64,000 nucleotides of DNA from Terracidiphilus sp. (GTDB lineage Bacteria; Acidobacteriota; Terriglobia; Terriglobales; Acidobacteriaceae): the NCBI GenBank assembly GCA_035552555.1, contig DASZLF010000047.1, positions 16,814 to 80,813 on the forward strand, written 5' to 3'. The position numbers and the translations under genes are program-made. A model generated the notes under the pieces. That model searched no databases, was not told the origin of the DNA, and saw only the letters and a list, made by a program, of their open reading frames with translations. Below are positions 57,090 through 64,000 of the stretch, piece after piece. Each line of letters begins with the position of its first letter. Position 1 is the stretch's first letter.

Positions 57090-60000
57090 CTGTTGAGAGC
57101 GGCATCGAGGTTGAAAAGCACGCTGCCCACGGCGGTCAGCGCGTCGACATCATGATCTGAGGGAAAAGCGGTCTTTCCGGATGAATTCTCTGAGACCGTC
57201 AGGCTGGCATCGACACGCCTGGCTTGCCGCTCTCCGAGAGCGCGCTTGTACATCGCCAGCATCACCGGCAGCTCGCTCGGCGTGAGATCGCGGGAAAGCA
57301 CCAACCGGGCTTCGTATCTGATGCGAAGCTGGAGAATATCATCGGTTGACGCGGCGCCGAACTGGATGCGCGCGGTCTCTTTCACGACGCGCTGCGCCAA
57401 GGCGCGAGCGGCCTCCTGATAAACGGGATCGTTCAAGCTAACCAGGGCCTGCAGAGGCGTGTTGGTGGGGATGCGCCGGGGAAGGCTGGTGTCGCGGTCA
57501 GAGGCGTCGAAGGTCAAAAAGCTGGGATAGCCGCTGGTCCTCTTGACAAACGTGTAGACGGCGCGGCGATATCGGTTTGGGCCTGTGGCGTCGGTCCACT
57601 TTTCGTTGTTGTACACGCTGTTCCAGACCCCGGCCGGTTGCGGTGGCATCACCGGCGGTCCGCCCATGGCGGCGTTGAGAAGACCGCTTGCCAGCAGCGC
57701 CTGGTCGCGAACCATCTCCGCTGTAAGGCGCTGCTGCGGACCGCGCGCCAGCAGGCGATTGCGAGGATCTTTGGCGGTAAGCTGCGGCGTCGTCGCGGCG
57801 CTCTGGCGATAGGTTGCGCTGGTCACCAGTTCCCGCAACAGCGCCTTCATGTCCCAATGCAGATCGTTCTGGAAATGGAGCGCGAGATAATCCAGCAGCT
57901 CGGGGTGGCTGGGCTCCTCGCCGACGCTGCCAAAGTTCTCCAGCGTTTCCACGATCCCGGTTCCAAAAAGCTCCTGCCAGTAGCGATTGACGGCGACGCG
58001 CGCGGTGAGCGGCTGGCCGGGCTGGAAGAACCATTTCGCAAGCGTCAGCCGGTTGCGCGGAGTGCCGTCCGGCAGCTTGGGAAAGATCGCCGCTACATCT
58101 GGCGCGAGGTCGGGACCGATCTTGTTGAGGAAGTTGCCGCGCTCGAATTCGAGCGTCGCCCGGCGCTCGTAGGGCTGCTGCTCCACCATAACCGGCAGTT
58201 GAACGCTGGGAATCGCAGCGAGCCGTTTGTAGAGGTCTTGCAGGCGGACGATGCCCTGAGTGCGCTGCGGATTCTGCGCGTGCGCTGTCCAGCCCGAGTC
58301 GCCGCTTACCGAGAGCCGGATGCGCTGAATGAGAGCCGGCTTGGAGTCGATCTCCTGGGTTTGCTCGACTGCAACCTCGATGCGGCCGCCCAGCGGCACG
58401 CGCAACGGCTGGGCGGGAACGCCGACGATCCAGCGGGTGCGAAAAACTTTGGGAAGAGCCGCGAACGAGCTGGGGACATCGACCTCCTTCAGGTTGTAAG
58501 AGGCTTTGCCGGGCTTTGGGTCGAGCTTGACGTTGGAAAAGATGGCCGATCGAAGATTCGTTTCCGAATCCTGAGCGAAGCAGCGGAAATCGATTTTCTC
58601 CCGTGCGCCGCTGGGCTGCACAAGCCAGGCTTCGACCTTATCGACGATGAAGCCGTTCTCGGGCGTGTGACGGGCTTTTTCGGCATCGACGGGCGGCACT
58701 TCAATGCGGATCGCCGTCACCACGGGTAGATTGGTGTTTGCTGTCAATTCGTAAAAAGACTGCGGAGGAACCTTGGCGTCGGTGAATACTTCCCCGGCCT
58801 GAATGTGGAAGGTCTTCGCCGGACCCGTGACCCTGGCGTGAGCGAGCCTTGTCTCCGCCTCTTGGATGGTTGCACGGAGTTCGACCAGTTGCTCGGCCTT
58901 CGCTTTCGCCGGCAGCTTCTTGTCTTGCTGCACGGTGTCCAGGTAGCGGTTAAGCTTGGGAACGATCTTCTCCAGAGCCGGCGCCTCATTCGCGTCGGCC
59001 ATTTGTACCTGCATTGGCCGCCACTGCGTCTTCTCCACCATCTGGCGGTCGGAGGTCTCGATCTTGTGAATCAGGGCTTCCTCCTCCGCTTGAATCGCAG
59101 CCGCTTCCGCGTAGCGCGCCTTGTCCTTGGGGACGGTCAGGTTGGGGGAATCATCGTCAAGGTCGGAGTCTTCCTGCGTGTTGAAGAAGGCAAGAGACTT
59201 GTAATAATCGGCATGGCGAATCGGATCGTAGGGGTGCGAGTGGCATTGCACGCAATTCATGGTCACGCCGTTCAGTACCGACCATGTGGTGGCGACGCGA
59301 TCCATCACCGCGACAAGACGAAACTCCTCGTCGTCGGTTCCTCCCTCGTCATTATTGGGGGTCTGCCGGTGGAAGGATGTCGCGATGCGGTCTTCAAATG
59401 TGGGGTTGGGGAGCAGGTCGCCGGCCAACTGCTTGATCACGAATTGGTCATAGGGCAGGTTGCGATTGAAGGCTTCGACGACCCAGTCGCGGTAGGGCCA
59501 CATCCCCGGTCGGCTATCGTCCTTTTCGTACCCCTTGGTGTCGGCATAGCGTGCAAGGTCAAGCCACATGGAAGCCCAGCGTTCTCCGTAGCGCGGTGAT
59601 GCCAGCAGGCGGTCTACCTGCTTTTCATAAGCGTCTGGTGAGGCATCGGCCAGAAAGGCCTGCTCCTCGGCGGTGGTCGGCGGCAGGCCGGTCAGGTCGA
59701 ACGAGACGCGGCGCAACAAAGCGGCCTTATCGGCCTCGGGAGAGGGCTGCAACCCTTCTCTCTCCAGGCGCGCCAGAATGAAGCGATCCCAGGGCTGGCG
59801 GGCCCAATTGGCCCGCTGCACGGCCGGCAATGGCTGCGGCTTGGGGGGAACAAAGGCCCAATAGTCGTCCCATTGGGCACCCTGCTTGATCCACCTGCGA
59901 ATCAGCTCGACCTGCTGCTTTGACAGGGCCGGAGCATGGTAAGGCATACGGTCTTCAGGATCGTTGGCGACCAGGCGCGCCATCAGCTCCGAGGCATTGG

Positions 60001-60280
60001 GATTACCAGGCACGATCGTCCGGTGGCCGGACTTTCCGACTCCGAGCGCCTCGTCGCGGTAGATAAACGAAACATCGTTTCTCTGCCGGACTCCGCCATG
60101 ACAGGCGACGCAATTCTGATTGAAGATGGGTCGAATATCGCGGCTGAATACGACTCGATCCCTTGCGGAAAAGCGGAAACTAACGTATTGCCATGCCTTT
60201 ACACCGCATCCGATGGTCATTGTCGACACAACTGCGATCCCGCCACACCAGACAATGAACGTGTTGTGACGTGAGCTCAT
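57086..60280 (-). CDS. Planctomycete cytochrome c + DUF1549 + DUF1553 protein
   Basis: CVACHG, LLRRVSFDLTGLPPT, YGERWA..WLDLARYAD, CVQCHSHPYDP, PSHPELLD.LA, TNTPLQAL. Confidence 0.92.
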   Translation of the reverse strand: MSSRHNTFIVWCGGIAVVSTMTIGCGVKAWQYVSFRFSARDRVVFSRDIRPIFNQNCVACHGGVRQRNDVSFIYRDEALGVGKSGHRTIVPGNPNASELMARLVANDPEDRMPYHAPALSKQQVELIRRWIKQGAQWDDYWAFVPPKPQPLPAVQRANWARQPWDRFILARLEREGLQPSPEADKAALLRRVSFDLTGLPPTTAEEQAFLADASPDAYEKQVDRLLASPRYGERWASMWLDLARYADTKGYEKDDSRPGMWPYRDWVVEAFNRNLPYDQFVIKQLAGDLLPNPTFEDRIATSFHRQTPNNDEGGTDDEEFRLVAVMDRVATTWSVLNGVTMNCVQCHSHPYDPIRHADYYKSLAFFNTQEDSDLDDDSPNLTVPKDKARYAEAAAIQAEEEALIHKIETSDRQMVEKTQWRPMQVQMADANEAPALEKIVPKLNRYLDTVQQDKKLPAKAKAEQLVELRATIQEAETRLAHARVTGPAKTFHIQAGEVFTDAKVPPQSFYELTANTNLPVVTAIRIEVPPVDAEKARHTPENGFIVDKVEAWLVQPSGAREKIDFRCFAQDSETNLRSAIFSNVKLDPKPGKASYNLKEVDVPSSFAALPKVFRTRWIVGVPAQPLRVPLGGRIEVAVEQTQEIDSKPALIQRIRLSVSGDSGWTAHAQNPQRTQGIVRLQDLYKRLAAIPSVQLPVMVEQQPYERRATLEFERGNFLNKIGPDLAPDVAAIFPKLPDGTPRNRLTLAKWFFQPGQPLTARVAVNRYWQELFGTGIVETLENFGSVGEEPSHPELLDYLALHFQNDLHWDMKALLRELVTSATYRQSAATTPQLTAKDPRNRLLARGPQQRLTAEMVRDQALLASGLLNAAMGGPPVMPPQPAGVWNSVYNNEKWTDATGPNRYRRAVYTFVKRTSGYPSFLTFDASDRDTSLPRRIPTNTPLQALVSLNDPVYQEAARALAQRVVKETARIQFGAASTDDILQLRIRYEARLVLSRDLTPSELPVMLAMYKRALGERQARRVDASLTVSENSSGKTAFPSDHDVDALTAVGSVLFNLDAALNR

Positions 60281-60795
60281 TTTGGGACCGTATCTGTTCC
60301 GCGTAACACGCTTACCCTAACTGCCCTCAAACGTCCAAAGCTGCTTCCCGCTGTCCGTATCACTCCCCGGCGACAACACGCGGCCATCGTCGGCCTTAGC
60401 ATTCAACTGCCGATTCTACCAATGCCTCTCGCCAAAATGCCGATCCGCTCCGATGTCGAGCAAAGAAGCTGGGTACCGATCGTCCCTGGCATTTATGAGC
60501 CAGGCAGAATATTCCCTTCCAGCGAAATCAACGGTCCGGAAACATGTACTCGACAGGACCTCACGGACTACAAGGTTCCACAGCCCAACCAGCGAGATAT
60601 CTTCTCACTTTAGACGGTTTTGAAGTTGCCGATCCATCGATCATTCAACAAACGCTCAAAAAAGACGCACCGTCCTGCACTCATGCTCCTGGGCGTTCAC
60701 CAGAAGGGCTACCCGGTCGGCTCATAAGTAATTGAAAGTATTCGACGAACCATTTCTGGCGGGAAGAGAGGTTAGGATGAGTCTGAGGTGACGAG

Positions 60796-61317
60796 ATGAA
60801 GATTGCAGTCGGAGTGATGGTGCTGGCAGCGGCTTCGGCATGCGCGCTTGCGCAGGATGCGTCGAACCCGGTAGTGGCGAGTGCGAAGGAAATCTTTCAG
60901 CGCCAGTCCGGTTATATAGTCGCTGCAGCCGAGCAGATGCCCGCGGACAAGTACGGATATCATCCGACACCGGGTCAGTGGACGTACGGGAAGATCGTTT
61001 CGCATGTCATTAAGGCGAACTTTGGTGTGTGCGGAATGCTCTCGGGGGACGGCCCGGGCAAGGGACCGACAGTCACTGACACGACCCCGAAGGACCAGCT
61101 GATGCCGATTCTCAAGCAATCGTTCGAGACCTGCCAGAAGGCGCTCGACGGGCTGCAGGACTCGAACTTGGGCGGAACGATCACCTATTTCGGCGGGGCG
61201 AAGAAGCCGCGTGCCCGTGCGCTCGTGGAGTTGACGGATGACCTTGAGGACCATTACTCACAGATGTCGAGCTATCTGCGAATGAACGGAATGCTTCCGC
61301 CTTCTGCTAAGAAGTAG
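60796..61317 (+). CDS. Secreted DinB family protein
   Basis: Signal peptide; AAEQMPADKYGYHPTP, HV, DHYSQ..YLRMNG.LPP. Confidence 0.85.
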   Translation: MKIAVGVMVLAAASACALAQDASNPVVASAKEIFQRQSGYIVAAAEQMPADKYGYHPTPGQWTYGKIVSHVIKANFGVCGMLSGDGPGKGPTVTDTTPKDQLMPILKQSFETCQKALDGLQDSNLGGTITYFGGAKKPRARALVELTDDLEDHYSQMSSYLRMNGMLPPSAKK

Positions 61318-61516
61318 AGGCTATCTGGTTCCAACACGTGTAGTCGGCGCGCAACGTGCGCGCTCGAGAGCGTGCCCACGCACTGAAGTGATCAGGATCG
61401 ATCCTGATAAACGCCGCAGGCTGCGGAGATGCGCCATCCAACCTCAGCTACCGGAAGACTGGCGCAGTGGCGACATAGCGTGCTGATCCGGCGTCAGTCC
61501 TTTATCCTCAGAGAGG

Positions 61517-62107
61517 ATGCGCTACACCACTCAGTTCCTCCTTTCGGCTATGGCGCCGGAGCAGTTCCCCGCTCCCAGCGTGCCTGAAATCGCCTTCCTG
61601 GGCCGTTCCAACGTCGGCAAGTCCAGCCTGCTGAACGCGTTGGTGGGCGACAAGGCGGCCAAAGTGTCGTCCACTCCCGGACGCACCCGCGCCATCAATT
61701 TCTTCCTGCTCCTGGATCAAAACCAGAGACAGAAGATGATCTTTGCCGATCTCCCCGGCTATGGCTACGCCAAAATCTCCAGGTCGATCTCTGCGGAGTG
61801 GCCCAAATTCATTGAGCCTTATCTCGCTGACCGCTCAACCCTGGGCCTGTGCGTTTGCCTGGTGGATTCAAATGTGCCGCCTCAGCCGCGCGACCGTCAG
61901 CTCATCGAATGGCTCCGCCACAACGGCCGCGACTTCGCCGTGGTCGCAACCAAAGTCGACCGCCTCAGCGGCAATCAACGCACGCGTAACCTGGCCGCGC
62001 TGCGCAAAGGCCTTGAACTCGACGCCATTCTTCCGGTCTCGGCGAAAACAGGCGCGGGGCTGAACGAGTTATGGGCCCGCATCGAAGCAGCAGCCAGCGC
62101 GCAGTAA
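61517..62107 (+). CDS. yihA: Ribosome biogenesis GTPase YihA/YsxC
   Basis: GRSNVGKSSLLN, PGRT, DLPGYGYA, TKVD. Confidence 0.95.
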   Translation: MRYTTQFLLSAMAPEQFPAPSVPEIAFLGRSNVGKSSLLNALVGDKAAKVSSTPGRTRAINFFLLLDQNQRQKMIFADLPGYGYAKISRSISAEWPKFIEPYLADRSTLGLCVCLVDSNVPPQPRDRQLIEWLRHNGRDFAVVATKVDRLSGNQRTRNLAALRKGLELDAILPVSAKTGAGLNELWARIEAAASAQ

Positions 62108-62119
62108 TCCGTGATCCGT

Positions 62120-62935
62120 TCACCCTCCCGCAGTCCGCGGCGGAGAAGGCTTCAGAAGCAGCGGATCCTGCCTGGGATGGTTAAGACAAATACTCACCGG
62201 AACTCCGATGCGCCCGTCCTGCACTCCCTGGACAATCGCTCCCGCGATTTCGTTTGCTGTTTCAGGTTCGCAATGGAGAGCACGCACCCCTCGCGCTAGG
62301 CGCCCCATGTAACGGGGGAACAATCGCAGCCACCGGCGCAGCGGCGCCTCGTCTTCCCCGAGGCACGCCAGTGCAATGGCGTCGATCTGCCGCATCCATA
62401 GCGCGGGCGCCTCTTCAACGGACCACGTCACCCGTGCCAGAGCATCCTCCGGCGGAACGGCAATCACCACCGCCGCGCCGAAATTCGCTTGTGGGTCGGG
62501 TCGGCGATTCCCGGCCCCGCCTGCCGCGATCAGATCGGGCTGCACCCCGCGCTCCAACATTTCGCTCTCGACCTTGTCGCCGGGTTCCGCCACGCAGACC
62601 GCAACCGCCTGCCGTTTGCGCAGCTCGTTTTTCAGGATGCGCAGGGCTTCGTCCAGATGCGTGACCACAAAATCCACAATTCCATCGCGCGTTGCGCTCT
62701 TCTGGGCGGCTGTGTCGCCAGCCACGCAGAGCGACGCGGCTCCCGCGATGTTCGCCGCGACAACGATTGCCCGGCCCTCATCGTCCAACTCCCCTGCGTA
62801 GAGAAGCCGCCCTCCCAAATTGGGCTCATCGCCTTCCACCGGTGAGGCATAGGCACGCGATAGGAGCGCCGAGTAGTACCGTTCCACCTGGAAGGCGAAG
62901 TCGAGTTCGGAGGACGGGCTCAGGTGAGTTCCCAT
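62120..62935 (-). CDS. Degenerate urocanase (HutU)-like protein
   Basis: AANIAGAASL, VDFVVTHLDEALRIL, ERGVQPDLI, LRRWL and GRIGVPVSI line up with remembered HutU segments. Confidence 0.7.
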   Translation of the reverse strand: MGTHLSPSSELDFAFQVERYYSALLSRAYASPVEGDEPNLGGRLLYAGELDDEGRAIVVAANIAGAASLCVAGDTAAQKSATRDGIVDFVVTHLDEALRILKNELRKRQAVAVCVAEPGDKVESEMLERGVQPDLIAAGGAGNRRPDPQANFGAAVVIAVPPEDALARVTWSVEEAPALWMRQIDAIALACLGEDEAPLRRWLRLFPRYMGRLARGVRALHCEPETANEIAGAIVQGVQDGRIGVPVSICLNHPRQDPLLLKPSPPRTAGG

Positions 62936-63413
62936 GCTGGATCCAGCTTACTGAACGAGAGTCCGGGCTGGGGAACCTCTGAGCAAGTCTTCGCTAACGG
63001 CACGCCTTTCTACCAGGGCAGCTTCAGCGTGCGCAGACAGGGGGCGTCGAACTGGTGGCTTGGTTGTTTACTCTTTCGTAAACTTTTCTGCTTCATTCGA
63101 AGCGAAAACCTGGTGTTGATTATCTAGTAAACATGGCTGAAAAGGGCGGAAAAGGCGAAGATAAGGTGAATATGGTTGCTCTGATCTATCCTATCTATAT
63201 TGTTTGTTTTGTTTCACTTAGATGATTCTGCCAAACTGCCTGTGGAAAACGTCCTTTTTCGAAATTGTTAATTTTCTGGTTAACATGTGAGGGGCGGAGC
63301 AGATGGCGGGATTTGCGGGTACGGAACTGGGCAAAACACAGCATGAGTAGATGATTGTGCGCCGGAGAGGTTTTGGGGTCTGTGATGGCCGGCACGTAGG
63401 ACGCGAAGGGCCG

Positions 63414-63441
63414 AGGGACTAGGGACTAGGGACCAGGGGCT
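63414..63441. repeat. Heptamer repeat AGGGACT x4
   Basis: agggactagggactagggaccaggggct. Confidence 0.85.
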
Positions 63442-63644
63442 CAACGAGTCTGCATGAAAACTGGGGCCGTTTGGGTTTTCCAGACAATAACAGCAAGTTG
63501 GCGTCGCTTCGCGACGTAGCGAGTTAGCAAGTTGGCGGCCTCTCTTCGAGGAAAGCATGCCACTGGTCTCGGGAATTGAGGTCCTCACGCAGACTCCAAA
63601 GCCCGGGTCATTGGCTTCTTAGTGCATTTCCACGGTTGGTGAAT

Positions 63645-63677
63645 CCCCGCAGGTCCCTCAGTCCCTAGTCCCTAGTT
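63645..63677. repeat. Heptamer-like repeat GTCCCTA, inverted relative to 63414
   Basis: cccc..gtccctcagtccctagtccctagt. Confidence 0.8.
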
Positions 63678-63704
63678 TGGTCGGCCCATTTGCGGCACCC
63701 TTCG

Positions 63705-64000
63705 TCACCAGGCCGAATACGGCTGTCCATCGCTGCCCTGATCCTGGCTGCCCGAGTGAACATCGTTTATTCCCGAGTCGGTCTGGTCGACAGAGTTCAG
63801 GTCGGTGCTGCTGTCCGTGACCCAGCTATCTTTGCTGTGGGTCATGGGATCCTCGGGGATTGACTTGAGGTACCCTTCCTGCACCAGATCGTCCAGCGAC
63901 TGCGGAGCCTTCTGCTTGTCGGCGGTGTAGCTGTCAATGGCATTGCGAATCACGTGCAGGTCTTCTTTGAGTACGGCTTCGCGGGCCTGGCGAATCGCCG
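63705..64000 (-). CDS. Type II secretion pseudopilin GspG-like protein, 5' end outside window
   Basis: AREAVLKEDLHVIRNAIDSY..D...PQSLDDLV..GYLKSIPEDPMT. Confidence 0.85.
   Translation of the reverse strand, partial: AIRQAREAVLKEDLHVIRNAIDSYTADKQKAPQSLDDLVQEGYLKSIPEDPMTHSKDSWVTDSSTDLNSVDQTDSGINDVHSGSQDQGSDGQPYSAW

Noticed and set aside
51060-60790. Intact prophage or ICE at tRNA-Ser
   Set aside because: Integrase is a short fragment; no attR, phage or conjugation genes seen.

Overview
GC-rich bacterial chromosomal window, most likely Acidobacteriota (Acidobacteriaceae-like); this is inferred from protein types and repeats only. Left part (1.8-31 kb): a loose nucleobase-catabolism neighbourhood with the reductive pyrimidine operon (beta-ureidopropionase, preT, preA, hydA, NCS1 symporter), a class-III aminotransferase, two zinc deaminases, an amidase, MocA and a Tat-exported PaoABC/XdhC-type Mo-oxidoreductase operon with two Mo subunits. 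It is interrupted by clpC, lolD and frameshifted TA-like genes. Middle: tRNA-Gly(CCC), a fluoride-riboswitch crcB/DUF190 operon, a GH28 hydrolase, four secreted Ig/CHB_HEX_C-domain proteins, a DrrAB-type ABC exporter and a large GH13 protein. Right: tRNA-Ser(CGA) followed by a decayed P4-type integrase island edge, a DUF1549/DUF1553-DUF1501-cytochrome module, DinB, yihA, a degenerate urocanase-like protein and a partial pseudopilin. The most unusual observations are an internal TM-polyArg-lipobox hairpin that splits the C-terminal Ig domain of a surface protein (possible new anchoring mechanism), a compact urocanase homologue with its NAD loop replaced by acidic residues, a palindromic repeat translated in frame inside xdhC, and four separate four-G-tract (G-quadruplex-like) microrepeats. 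All product calls come from motif recognition by eye; no database searches were run.
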